Shown here: positions 34,110-42,861 of the stretch, piece by piece
Layout of the letters: each line of letters starts with the position of its first letter
Numbering within the stretch: the first letter of the stretch is position 1
From: Planctomycetota bacterium
GTDB lineage: Bacteria; Planctomycetota; PLA2; JAEUHO01
Assembly (NCBI GenBank): GCA_965222115.1
Contig: CBDCTJ010000007.1
Span: 953,562-1,017,561 of the forward strand
Length of the DNA stretch: 64,000 nt
Direction of reading: 5' to 3'
Position numbers and translations under genes: made by a program
The notes under the pieces: generated by a model
Database searches by the model: none
What the model saw: the letters and a program-made list of their open reading frames with translations, nothing else
What the model was told of the DNA's origin: nothing

Positions 34110-36926
34110 CTACTTCTTGCCTGGTGCCTTCTTTTTGGCGGCGTCCTTTTTCGGCTCGTCTTTACCGCCGCCTTCGTCCTCGTCTGCTGGCCCGGCCTTG
34201 CCCATGAGGGGCGAGAATCGGTAGTAGGTCTCTAGGGAGAGAATCGACATCGCGGTGCTGAAAATGCGCCCACCGTTGAATCGTGCGGTATCCGGATCCC
34301 ACGATCCTGCGAGTTCCGGGGGCGAGAGGCGCTGCTTCTCTGGGTACATCTTACGGATGCTCTGATTCCACTTTCGCCAATACTTCCCTCCCATCTGATG
34401 CATGGCGAGCGTCCCGTAGTACCAGTAGTAGTGATACCACGTTACCGTCTGAACGCGCTCGAGTCCGTTCATCCACTCCGGGATGTAGTCGGACAGAAGA
34501 TTCGCGCTGCCAATCATGTAGGGGTGGCTTCGCTTCCAGCCCATGAAGAAACGGCAAACCATACCGACCGATGTCATCGACACCTTGCGCAGTCCGATTT
34601 TGTCCGACTCTTTGAGTTCTAGATAACTTGTGATGGATTTGAAGTATCGGCGTGCACCAACTTCGTAGGCGAAATCGCTGGAGAGGTCTTCCAGCACTTC
34701 TACTTCGCCCGTCAAGTCATACGAACATCGGGTAAGCCAGTCATCGACGCCGTCCCAGCTCTTTTGGCTAACGTCGAGCCCAACCAAGTCGGCCATCTTG
34801 GTCGTCATGAGCACCCAACTTGTGCAACTCGAATCGCTCTGGAAATAGCGTGGCCCGTAGCGCCATCCCTTGCCCGGCGTTTGGACGCGAACCAGGTAGT
34901 CAATGCCCCATTGCGAGGGCTCCATAAACTCTTCGTCACCGGAGATACCGTAGCACTCCGTTATTCCCCAGTTGGCCATCGCGATGAGGTACGCGTATAT
35001 CCATCCACTGTCACCGCCACCCGTTACGGGAAATCCGCCGTCGTAGAACTGCGTGGCACACAAGAACTCCACGCCGCGGCGCACCACTTCCCGATATTTA
35101 CCTTCCGACGATGAATATCCGGCGCCGAGAAATGCCAACATGGACAACCCGGTGTATGCGGGCTCGCAATTGACGACGCCGCCATACCCCTTTTCGTTTC
35201 CGTCCCACGTGCCGAGAAGGTGTTGTTGTCGCTCAAGCCAGCGCAGTCCATTCTCCACCGCGCGTTCCGTCCGCGGCGTCAAGCCGTAAAGACCCTTCTC
35301 GAGGGCCTGCCGTCGGTTCTCCTGTCGGTTGAATTTGGACGCGCGTGGGTAAAATGGATGTTCTGCCTTCGCGATCCATTTGTGCCAGACGTCCTTCTTT
35401 CGACCGAACCGATGACCGGTCAATCGTTCCAAGGCGAATTCAGCTTCTCGTTTTGCTGCTTCGTCATAGGCGTAGTCGGTGGCGATTCGAAGGGCTTCAT
35501 CAAACGCCGCGCGTGTGCGTATGTATCCAGATACGCGGATCGCTCGCAAGTCGCGCTTCGAGGACTTTCTGCGCGGCTTCACCGGAACCACGATTTCTTT
35601 GATGGCTCGCGTGGGATCGACGCCTTCCAAGGCGCGGGCCGCAAACATGCGTAACGCCCTGTCGTCGGCATGCACAGCAATACGCGCAACTCGATCATAC
35701 GTGTCTTTGGCGCCAAAGAGTCCGGCCAGTTCCAGCGCCGTCAATAGAACATCATCGTCACCAGAACTCACGAGGCCCGGAAGTGCCGCCAACAGTAGCT
35801 TCTTCGCGCGCGTGCCGAATCGAATGAGGCCCTGGCGTGCCGCGTCTCGCACTTCCCACGATTTGTCGTCCCGGACAATCTGAATAAGGCGCTGTATGAC
35901 GCCATCGGGAACATCCATTTTCGGTGAAGCGAGTTCCGTCTTTTTCTTTGACTCCACGACGTCGTCGCCCGTGACCACGGCTTTGCCGTTAGCGCCTTCT
36001 CCTCGTGCGGGCCGGCCCCGCACCACGCGCCACGGCAAGCGTCCCAGCGCGAGCACGGCGGCATCTCGCAAGTCTTTGTTTCCCTGAGCTCGCGATAGCG
36101 CGAGGAGTGAAGTGACATCCCGCAGCGTTGACAGTTCCGTAATGGCCTTTAGGCACGCATTCTTGGTTGCTGGTTTGGGGTTCTTCTTCAGAATGTATGC
36201 GAATGTATCAATGCCTCCCGTGTACCCCACGCGCTTGAGGGCCCACACGGCATAAAGCCCAGCGTAGTCGCTGCGATCTCTTCGAACCATTTTGACGAGG
36301 GCTTCTCGGCAAGCGGTCTCGCCGCGGGCACCTGCGGCGGAGGCCGCAGCACAGCGAATCTCCTCAGAACGGCCACTCAGCCCATCCAGGATGGCCTTTC
36401 GTGACTTGGCAAATGTGGAGGGATTGTCCGATTTGAGATTGCCGGCCATGAAGAGTGCTTCAGCTTGCACCCGGGGCGATCGGCGCCCACTGGCGAGATA
36501 GGCCATCGTGTCATCGACTAGTGGACTTGCCCAGGCGCCGAATACGCGAGCAAGATTGAGTTGCTTACGTAGTTCCTTCCCGCCCTTGATCGTCCGCTTA
36601 AGCCATTTGGCAAACGCCTTGCTCTTAAACAGCGTTTCCACGTTCTCTTGGTCGAGCGAAGCGATTGCGTCGCCGCATGCAACGGCGAGATGCGGCTGCA
36701 CGTAGTCCACGCCTGCCTGAAACAATGCGAAGGCGGCCTTGTCGTTGCGCTTCTGCGAAATGCTTTGAATCGCCGCATAATTGGCGTCGGCGTCATTGGT
36801 TTGGAGTCGCTTGAGCCATTTGTCATCCTTGGCCCGTGCAGTTGAAACGAGAAACGCAGCCATGACCACAAGCAGTGCCCATGCCCCTGCCCGGGTCGCC
36901 AATTGAGTTGCGCGCATAGTGCTCAC
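34110..36926 (-). CDS. secreted HEAT-repeat protein fused to a prenyltransferase/squalene-cyclase-like alpha/alpha-toroid repeat domain
   Basis: Signal peptide (AWALLVVMAAFLVSTARA). HEAT-like units (SEEIRCAAASAAG, NKDLRDAAVLALGRL, SWEVRDAARQGLIRFG, DRALRMFAARALEG). The C-terminal half has WLERQQHLLGTWDG...PAYTGLSMLAFLGAGY and QFYDGGFPVTGGGDSGWIYAYLIAMANWG. It ends in a Lys-rich tail. Confidence 0.6.
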   Translation of the reverse strand: MSTMRATQLATRAGAWALLVVMAAFLVSTARAKDDKWLKRLQTNDADANYAAIQSISQKRNDKAAFALFQAGVDYVQPHLAVACGDAIASLDQENVETLFKSKAFAKWLKRTIKGGKELRKQLNLARVFGAWASPLVDDTMAYLASGRRSPRVQAEALFMAGNLKSDNPSTFAKSRKAILDGLSGRSEEIRCAAASAAGARGETACREALVKMVRRDRSDYAGLYAVWALKRVGYTGGIDTFAYILKKNPKPATKNACLKAITELSTLRDVTSLLALSRAQGNKDLRDAAVLALGRLPWRVVRGRPARGEGANGKAVVTGDDVVESKKKTELASPKMDVPDGVIQRLIQIVRDDKSWEVRDAARQGLIRFGTRAKKLLLAALPGLVSSGDDDVLLTALELAGLFGAKDTYDRVARIAVHADDRALRMFAARALEGVDPTRAIKEIVVPVKPRRKSSKRDLRAIRVSGYIRTRAAFDEALRIATDYAYDEAAKREAEFALERLTGHRFGRKKDVWHKWIAKAEHPFYPRASKFNRQENRRQALEKGLYGLTPRTERAVENGLRWLERQQHLLGTWDGNEKGYGGVVNCEPAYTGLSMLAFLGAGYSSSEGKYREVVRRGVEFLCATQFYDGGFPVTGGGDSGWIYAYLIAMANWGITECYGISGDEEFMEPSQWGIDYLVRVQTPGKGWRYGPRYFQSDSSCTSWVLMTTKMADLVGLDVSQKSWDGVDDWLTRCSYDLTGEVEVLEDLSSDFAYEVGARRYFKSITSYLELKESDKIGLRKVSMTSVGMVCRFFMGWKRSHPYMIGSANLLSDYIPEWMNGLERVQTVTWYHYYWYYGTLAMHQMGGKYWRKWNQSIRKMYPEKQRLSPPELAGSWDPDTARFNGGRIFSTAMSILSLETYYRFSPLMGKAGPADEDEGGGKDEPKKDAAKKKAPGKK

Positions 36927-36959
36927 TTTCTACGAATCGATGCGGCGATGGGTGCGATG

Positions 36960-38249
36960 CTAGCGTTCGCCACCGGCGGGCACACGTTTGCGATCGGGTT
37001 GGCGATCGGGTTTGCCGCGGCGCTTCTCGGTTTTGCGACGCTTCGGTGCGGCGGACTTCGCCTTCTTCTTGGCGCGTAGGGCTGCTTGCTCTGCTGCCTT
37101 CTTTGCTTTGATGGCACGCTTCTTGATCGCGGCCGCGCGGGTCTTGGCGTCGATGGATGACGTGTCCGCAAGGTTCCTCGTGAGCACGGCCTTCAACAGT
37201 CGTTCGATGGAGGCAAGACGCCGCTCAATCCGCACCGCCGAATCGTTGTCGTGACCTCGATGTGCGTGCTGCTCGTGCTGATCTCTCTGCCGAGGGTGTT
37301 GTCGATCGTCATGGCTCCGATGGCGTCCTTCGTTGCGCGCCGGGCGCCGATGTCGCTCACGATCGTGATGTCGATCGTGTGCTCGATGTTGATCGTTCGC
37401 CATTGGGTCCGGGCGCTGTCCACGTCCTCGCCCATCGTGGCGGCCTCGTCGTTGACCCTCGCCACGGCCTCGTTGCCGGTCATGTTGTTGATCATGGGTT
37501 CGGCGCTGCCATTGGTGGACCAAGTCCCGCAGTGCACGGAGCTCACCACGCAATTCTCGGTTTTCGCGTTCCAAGCGTTGCACGCGCCGTTCCATGGAAG
37601 ATGAACCGGTGGACGCTCCTCGTTTCGTTTCGCGTCGAAGCATGACACGCGGCGCCGCAGGCCGACGACGACGAAGCGCATCGACGTCGCCTAGTTTCAC
37701 GTCGGGGACGAGCATGCGAAAGCGCCGGTCGGCGTATGCGCGCACTGCCGGACTGACGGTGCGTGTGTGCTTCACCACACGGGGTCCGCCGTCGTCTTCT
37801 ACAATTTCATTCTCCACGATCTCGACGTCTACGGTCTCATTCTCGCCTAGGTCATGCTCGTGGATCGGTGCCTTCCGCTTGATGCGCGCTGCAGCATCCA
37901 CGCCATTGAAACGCGTTGCGAGACGTGTGACGGCAGTCCGCAAATGATCCGACGCCCTTTGCAGGTTGGTGGAACGACGCGCCGATGTCGCTACGCGCTC
38001 CCTTGTCGCATCGAGTTTGGCCCTCAGCTCGTTCGCGTCGCGGCGCGAACGAACCAGCGAGGCAAACGCGTCGATCGACCGCTCAAGTTCCGAAACGTGA
38101 CCGCGCATCGAGTCAATCGTTTTGGCGAGGTCGAGCACGTTAGCGCGGGTGACCTGGTTGGACACGGCCGGCTCCTCGGCCACGGCGGACTGAAACCCGC
38201 CGAGCATGAGCCCGCCTACCATCACAATACCGATTGCATGCTTGATCAT
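36960..38249 (-). CDS. secreted coiled-coil protein with a His/Arg/Asp-rich low-complexity region
   Basis: Signal-like N-terminus (IVMVGGLMLGGFQSAVA) and heptad-like segments. A charged tract reads HDQQHDRQRGRGEGQRRGRHDGRGRGQRPD...HDRHHDRERHRRPARNEGRHRSHDDRQHPRQRDQHEQHAHRGHDND. The tail is Lys/Ala-rich. Confidence 0.5.
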   Translation of the reverse strand: MIKHAIGIVMVGGLMLGGFQSAVAEEPAVSNQVTRANVLDLAKTIDSMRGHVSELERSIDAFASLVRSRRDANELRAKLDATRERVATSARRSTNLQRASDHLRTAVTRLATRFNGVDAAARIKRKAPIHEHDLGENETVDVEIVENEIVEDDGGPRVVKHTRTVSPAVRAYADRRFRMLVPDVKLGDVDALRRRRPAAPRVMLRRETKRGASTGSSSMERRVQRLERENRELRGELRALRDLVHQWQRRTHDQQHDRQRGRGEGQRRGRHDGRGRGQRPDPMANDQHRAHDRHHDRERHRRPARNEGRHRSHDDRQHPRQRDQHEQHAHRGHDNDSAVRIERRLASIERLLKAVLTRNLADTSSIDAKTRAAAIKKRAIKAKKAAEQAALRAKKKAKSAAPKRRKTEKRRGKPDRQPDRKRVPAGGER

Positions 38250-38371
38250 CGTTTGTGGCTCCCGTCGAGGTGGTCGCGAATGACGCTTACAATCATAGGG
38301 ACCCTTCCCGCGAATGGGGCGGCCGGGCGCGGTGTCCAGCCCTTTGGCACGTATGGAGCGAGTCGTAGGTC

Positions 38372-38773
38372 ATGCGTCCCCTCGCCGCCACGCTGCTCCC
38401 TACCGGCATGTTGGTACTCATGCTGTGCGTCGCGTGGGCGTTCGGAGCAGCGTCCGTTACGCGACAGAACCGGACCATCTACGAACAGACGTTGGACCTC
38501 TGCCACTCGATTCATCGTGGCGAGGTCGATTCGGTGCTTCAAAGCCTGCCAGATGGGGCCTCATCCGGCGATGTTCGGTCTACGTTTGCCCTGCGCATCG
38601 AGCGCCGCGTCGGCCAGCCCTTTTCGATTCGCCGCGTTCGTCGCGGCGACGATGGCGCTTGGGAATCCCAGGTGATTTGGTCCTCCGGCGATGGATCGCC
38701 GCCGATTCGGGACCGTTTTCATTGGTTGAGCTTGAGCGACGGGTCCTTGCTCGGTTGGTCCACCGATCGTTAG
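38372..38773 (+). CDS. small secreted hypothetical protein
   Basis: 133-aa ORF with a good signal peptide (LLPTGMLVLMLCVAWAFGAAS) and ordinary composition. It overlaps, in another frame, the Arg-rich 5' part of the listed 38314..39864 ORF, which looks non-coding there. Confidence 0.45.
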   Translation: MRPLAATLLPTGMLVLMLCVAWAFGAASVTRQNRTIYEQTLDLCHSIHRGEVDSVLQSLPDGASSGDVRSTFALRIERRVGQPFSIRRVRRGDDGAWESQVIWSSGDGSPPIRDRFHWLSLSDGSLLGWSTDR

Positions 38774-38817
38774 CCACCCCACGCACGACCCCGAATCCGC
38801 CTGCAAGAGCCGCTACG

Positions 38818-39864
38818 ATGCGTTTTGAAGCAATGACCCCTCGACACTGGACCTTCCCCATGACGCCACCATCGATTTCCCGTCCTGCATTGCGAACGTT
38901 TCTACGCCCGTCGTTCGCCGTGTGCCTCATCGTGTTTCTTGGCTTCACGGGCATCGGAATGGCGCCGCCGGCTCAGGCCGACACGCTTGAACTAAACGAT
39001 GGCCGCGTTGTGGAAGGCGCCGTGCTGGGCAGCGCAACAGAAAAGGGCAAGAAAGGTCTCCTGGTTTTGGATCGTTTCGGTGTTGCCTTTGTTGCCAACG
39101 ACACCATTAAGAAACGCACCAAAGGCCGCGACTTGGATTCTCAGATTCGCGAACGGTTGGCCAAGCTACCGGAAGACGACTTCAAGAATCGTGCACGATT
39201 GGCCCGGTGGATGGCCACGGTGGGGCGCACCGAAGAAGCGCTTGATCTTGCGGCACGCATCATTGCGAAAGACCCCGAAAACGCCATTGCACATGGTGTT
39301 TTGGGCCATGAGCGGTTTCGCGGCAAGTGGATGACGCCCGACGCGGCGAAGCGCGCGCAGGGGCTCGAGCGTCACGGCAACCGCTGGTATACGCCCGACG
39401 AATGGAAGAATGCACAGGCGAAGGAACGTGATGCTGCCAACGCTGCCGAAAGGAAAGCCCAGGCCGCAGCGCTTCGAAAGAAAGTTAATCGGCTTGTGGG
39501 ACTCATGTTTAGCCCTCATCAAGCCACACGCGAGCGTGCGGAGGCGGCGCTACGCGCGCTCGGGGACGAGACCAAGTCCAAGGCGATTCCGGAGCTCATT
39601 GAACGCGTGAAGGCGTATCGCAACAAGCTCGACGACGTACGCGTTAAGGCTGCAGCGGGAAGCATCGCCGGTGCCGGGGGCGGAGGGACCGGGTATGCCC
39701 TCACGGAATTTCGCGTTGCGATGAGCAAGCTAAAGCGCCCCATCCGAGAGTTTCAGACCAGCCTCGCAAGCAGTCTTGGCGGCGCGCCGGTGACCATCCA
39801 ACTTCCCGAACTGTCTGTCATCAAGGTCAACACGACGGCGCTCATCCCTATTGTCGTCGACTAG
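38818..39864 (+). CDS. secreted hypothetical protein
   Basis: The ATG at 38818 precedes a hydrophobic leader (SFAVCLIVFLGFTGIGMAPPAQA). The mature part has TPR-like helices (KNRARLARWMATVGRTEEALDLAARIIAKDPENAIAHGVLG) and a coiled coil. Confidence 0.55.
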   Translation: MRFEAMTPRHWTFPMTPPSISRPALRTFLRPSFAVCLIVFLGFTGIGMAPPAQADTLELNDGRVVEGAVLGSATEKGKKGLLVLDRFGVAFVANDTIKKRTKGRDLDSQIRERLAKLPEDDFKNRARLARWMATVGRTEEALDLAARIIAKDPENAIAHGVLGHERFRGKWMTPDAAKRAQGLERHGNRWYTPDEWKNAQAKERDAANAAERKAQAAALRKKVNRLVGLMFSPHQATRERAEAALRALGDETKSKAIPELIERVKAYRNKLDDVRVKAAAGSIAGAGGGGTGYALTEFRVAMSKLKRPIREFQTSLASSLGGAPVTIQLPELSVIKVNTTALIPIVVD

Positions 39865-39875
39865 ACCATTAGCCG

Positions 39876-39909
39876 TTGACTACGCCATCTAGTCTTTGAC
39901 TACGCCATC
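39876..39909 (+). repeat. two exact direct copies of TTGACTACGCCATC spaced 20 bp start-to-start
   Basis: Read directly from the sequence: 39876-39889 and 39896-39909 are identical 14-mers. They lie in the intergenic region about 190-225 bp upstream of the sigma-54 promoter element. Confidence 0.7.
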
Positions 39910-39964
39910 GCCACCGGCGTTTGGAAGATTTGCGACAGGGTGTCAGGGAATTGACCCAAGGATC

Positions 39965-39979
39965 ATGACATTTTGTCAT
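39965..39979. promoter_or_regulatory. perfect palindrome ATGACA-TTT-TGTCAT
   Basis: Read directly from the sequence. It lies about 110-120 bp upstream of the -24 element and is followed by an unusually AT-rich stretch (about 39985-40075) in an otherwise GC-rich genome. Confidence 0.5.
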
Positions 39980-40086
39980 GGAGCGCCACGCATCGTGTCC
40001 GCCTGAATCCGACGCTCATGTCATAACTTATTATTTTACAGGATCTTATATTCGTTTGCTCACTAGCGTTGGAGGCCGAACGGGAA

Positions 40087-40101
40087 TGGCACCGGCATTG
40101 C
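40087..40101 (+). promoter_or_regulatory. sigma-54 (RpoN) -24/-12 promoter element
   Basis: TGGCAC-CGGCA-TTGC matches the consensus TGGCAC-N5-TTGC exactly (GG at 40088-89, GC at 40100-01). It is intergenic and 15 nt before the ATG at 40116. Confidence 0.6.
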
Positions 40102-40115
40102 CTTTTCGGGTTGCC

Positions 40116-40514
40116 ATGACTCCCAATGCCTCGGTCCTGCTGGGCTTACGCGCGCGGACGGCTCCCGATCGGGATCTGCGCCAGCGCTTGGAGCGTTGGG
40201 TCAAGTGTCATGGTTTCCGTCCCCGATTCACGCCGGATGCGGGCGAAGCGCTTCGCTGGCTCGAAGAGGAGCCGTTTGCGGCTTCGCTCTTTGATTCCGA
40301 CATGGAACGGCAGGACGGGCAGATGGTGTGGCAACTGGTTGAGCCGGTTGTTGCACGGCGCTCGGTCCTGTTGGCGCGGGATCGTCGTTCCACGATTTGG
40401 TTTGGCGCGCTCCGAACAGGCATGGGCACGGTGCTGCCGTTCCCGCCCGATGCGGGCACCTTTGAGGAGGCGCTGCGTGTGGTGGGGGCGTTTGGGCCAC
40501 CCGGCACAGGCTAA
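40116..40514 (+). CDS. small receiver-like (pseudo-receiver?) protein
   Basis: 133 aa from the ATG at 40116 (the listed ORF starts at 39978, inside the AT-rich promoter region). It shows an alternating beta/alpha pattern: SVLLGLRAR ... DAGEALRWLEEEPFAASLFDSDM ... SVLLARD ... GMGTVLPFPPDAGTFEEAL, like CheY-type receivers. The DD acid pocket and conserved Lys are not evident. Confidence 0.4.
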   Translation: MTPNASVLLGLRARTAPDRDLRQRLERWVKCHGFRPRFTPDAGEALRWLEEEPFAASLFDSDMERQDGQMVWQLVEPVVARRSVLLARDRRSTIWFGALRTGMGTVLPFPPDAGTFEEALRVVGAFGPPGTG

Positions 40515-40647
40515 AGCCACGTTGGGCATGAGCGCACTCGAGTAGATAGAAAGCGCGTGTAGTTAGCAAGCGTGTGCATGTGGTTTCGACGGGAACAACT
40601 CGTGTGTTCTCCATAGAGAGCAGGCACGCGTCCAAAGGACAATACCT

Positions 40648-41007
40648 ATGCCGAAGATTCGCCCCCTCAACGATCGCGTTCTCATTCAGCGCATCGAAGC
40701 CAGTGACAAGACCGCGGGTGGCATCATCCTGCCCGACTCGGCCAAAGAGAAGCCCACCGAAGGCCGCGTCATCGCCGTTGGGTTGGGTCGCTCGGACGAC
40801 AAGGGTGAGCGTGTGTCGCTCAGCGTGAAGAAGGGCGATCACGTCCTCTTTAGTTCGTATGCCGGGACCAGCATCAACGACCAAGGCAACGAGTACTTGG
40901 TGCTCGAAGAGAAAGAGATTCTCGCCATCGTTGACGACAAACCCTTTGGTGGTTCCAAGAAGGCAAGCGGCTCCAAAGGCAAGACGAAGAAGAAGGCCAA
41001 GCGCTAA
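40648..41007 (+). CDS. groES: co-chaperonin GroES with a Lys-rich C-terminal extension
   Basis: MPKIRPLNDRVLIQRIEASDKTAGGIILPDSAKEKPTEGRVIAVG...EYLVLEEKEILAIV is canonical GroES. It is followed by an extra DDKPFGGSKKASGSKGKTKKKAKR. Confidence 0.9.
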   Translation: MPKIRPLNDRVLIQRIEASDKTAGGIILPDSAKEKPTEGRVIAVGLGRSDDKGERVSLSVKKGDHVLFSSYAGTSINDQGNEYLVLEEKEILAIVDDKPFGGSKKASGSKGKTKKKAKR

Positions 41008-41112
41008 CTCGTTTCACCGTAACTCCAGTTTCTATGCGGCATGTGCGGTGCGCGGCGAACTTCGCCCGCGTTGCCTCCCACGCCATCATTGCTGTTCGAA
41101 GGGAATACACAC

Positions 41113-42792
41113 ATGGCAGCTAAGCAGATCGCCTACAACCAAGATGCACGCGAGCGCATTCGCGCGGGTGTTCGTCAACTTGCACGCGCCGTCAAAGTCA
41201 CGTTGGGACCGCGCGGTCGCAACGTCGTGATCCAAAAGTCGTTTGGTAGCCCCACCGTCACCAAAGACGGGGTGACGGTTGCCAAGGAAGTCGAGCTCAA
41301 GGACGCCTACGAGAACATGGGCGCCCAGATGGTTCGCGAAGTCGCCAGCAAGACATCCGACGTTGCGGGTGACGGTACGACTACGGCAACGGTACTCGCG
41401 GAGGCCATCTTCGAAGAAGGTCTCAAGAACGTAGCCGCAGGTGCGAGCCCGATCGGTATCAAGACGGGAATCGCGTTGGCCGTTGAGGCGGTCGTCAAGA
41501 AGCTTGAGAGTATGAAGACCCCCATCAAGGGCAGTAAGGAAATCGCGCAGATTGGCGCCATTGCCGCCAACAACGATCCCGAGATCGGCAAACAGATTGC
41601 CGAGGCCATGGATCGCGTGGGTAAGGACGGCGTGATTACCGTGGAAGAGGGCAAGGGCCTTGAGACCAGTGTTGACTGGGTCGAAGGCATGCAGTTCGAC
41701 AAGGGCTATCTCTCGCCCCACTTCATCAACAAGCCGCAGGCCATGACCTGTGAACTCGATCGTCCCGCTATTCTCGTGTTTGAGAAAAAGCTTTCGTCGG
41801 TCAAGGACATGCTTCCCTTGCTTGAGAAGGTTGCCAAGGGTGGCCGTCCCCTGCTCGTGATTGCCGAAGATGTTGAAAGCGAAGCGCTTGCCACGTTGGT
41901 GGTGAATCGTTTGCGCGGCGTGTTCCAGTGCTGCGCCGTCAAGGCACCCGGCTTTGGTGACCGTCGTAAGGCGATGTTGCAAGACATCGCGGCGCTTACA
42001 GGTGCCACGGCGGTTATGGAAGATTTGGGGCTTGACGTGTCGGGTCTTGATCTCAAGGACCTTGGCAGCGCCCAGCGCGTGATCATCGACAAAGACAACT
42101 GCACCATCATTGAAGGCGCTGGCAAGCGTGCCGCCATTCAGGCGCGTATCAGCCAAATCAAAGCCGAGCTTGAGAACGCCTCGTCGGACTACGATCGCGA
42201 GAAGCTTCAGGAGCGCCTCGCGAAGTTGGCCGGTGGCGTGGCACAGATCAATGTGGGTGCGGCAACCGAAGCCGAGATGAAGGAGAAGAAGGCGCGCGTC
42301 GAAGACGCCCTTCACGCCACGCGTGCTGCGGTGGAAGAAGGCATTCTTCCCGGCGGTGGTGTAGCGCTTCTTCGTTGCGTTCCGGTGCTTGACAAGCTCA
42401 AGACCACAGGCGACGCGGTTATCGGCGTGCAGATTGTTCGTCGTGCTCTGCAGGCGCCGCTGCGTCAGATTTCGAAGAACGCAGGCGTGGACGGCTCCAT
42501 CGTCGTCAAGAACGTGCTCGACAACAGTTCACAGAACTACGGCTACAACGCCGCCACCGACAAGTACCAAGACTTGGTCAAGGCCGGTGTGATCGATCCC
42601 ACCAAGGTGGTTCGCACCGCGCTTCAAAACGCTGCCTCCATCAGCACCCTCTTGCTCACCACCGAAGCGGTCATCTCCGAGATTCCCGAGGAGAAGGAAG
42701 CTCCGGCACCCGCGCCCGGTGGCATGGGCGGCATGGGCGGCATGGGTGGAATGGGAGGCATGGGCGGAATGGGGGGCATGGGAGGTTTCTAG
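41113..42792 (+). CDS. groEL: chaperonin GroEL
   Basis: [16 protein letters not shown]...[12 protein letters not shown]...[12 protein letters not shown]...the full-length canonical sequence, ending in a (GGM)n tail. ATG at 41113. Confidence 0.95.
   Translation: MAAKQIAYNQDARERIRAGVRQLARAVKVTLGPRGRNVVIQKSFGSPTVTKDGVTVAKEVELKDAYENMGAQMVREVASKTSDVAGDGTTTATVLAEAIFEEGLKNVAAGASPIGIKTGIALAVEAVVKKLESMKTPIKGSKEIAQIGAIAANNDPEIGKQIAEAMDRVGKDGVITVEEGKGLETSVDWVEGMQFDKGYLSPHFINKPQAMTCELDRPAILVFEKKLSSVKDMLPLLEKVAKGGRPLLVIAEDVESEALATLVVNRLRGVFQCCAVKAPGFGDRRKAMLQDIAALTGATAVMEDLGLDVSGLDLKDLGSAQRVIIDKDNCTIIEGAGKRAAIQARISQIKAELENASSDYDREKLQERLAKLAGGVAQINVGAATEAEMKEKKARVEDALHATRAAVEEGILPGGGVALLRCVPVLDKLKTTGDAVIGVQIVRRALQAPLRQISKNAGVDGSIVVKNVLDNSSQNYGYNAATDKYQDLVKAGVIDPTKVVRTALQNAASISTLLLTTEAVISEIPEEKEAPAPAPGGMGGMGGMGGMGGMGGMGGMGGF
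42718..42786 (+). repeat. in-frame 9-bp GGM tandem repeat at the GroEL C-terminus
   Basis: ggtggcatgggcggcatgggcggcatgggtggaatgggaggcatgggcggaatggggggcatgggaggt encodes (GGM)x7. This is a well-known GroEL tail feature. Confidence 0.85.
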
Positions 42793-42861
42793 CACCCGTT
42801 AGAAGCGCCTAACTTGCACCTGTAGCTTGCAACCGGCCTACGCTGCACCAATCCTGTAACC

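Noticed and set aside
39978-40115. N-terminal extension of the receiver-like ORF (start at 39978).
   Set aside because: It would be encoded by the AT-rich tract and would contain the sigma-54 promoter itself. The composition is unlike the rest of the proteome, so the downstream ATG at 40116 is preferred.
40525-40575. Possible CIRCE (HrcA) operator upstream of groES: GAGCGCACTCGAGTAGATAGAAAGCGCGTG and a nearby TTAGCAAGC.
   Set aside because: The consensus is TTAGCACTC-N9-GAGTGCTAA. The left half is only partly similar and the right half does not form the required inverted repeat, so it is not a convincing CIRCE.
41086-42315. 409-aa ORF on the minus strand inside groEL. There are similar long antisense ORFs at 45315..46361, 46428..47153 and 48054..48812 (inside PFOR), 30757..31878 (inside GT2), 32346..33161 (inside the HD-GYP gene), 17595..18473 (inside the NifB-like gene), 28027..28896 (inside ligA), 20534..21442, 53099..53818 and 55993..56559.
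   Set aside because: All lie antisense to genes with strong, recognisable protein families. Their translations are Arg/Gly/His-biased with no motifs, which is the usual shadow-ORF artefact of high-GC DNA.
42718-42786. Short tandem repeats as a possible CRISPR or minisatellite. The same applies to the poly-Pro-coding run at about 20596-20625 and the acidic-coding repeats at 62040-62400.
   Set aside because: All are in-frame low-complexity coding repeats (the GroEL GGM tail, PPPPPPPP, a D/E tract). No repeat-spacer architecture exists anywhere in the window.
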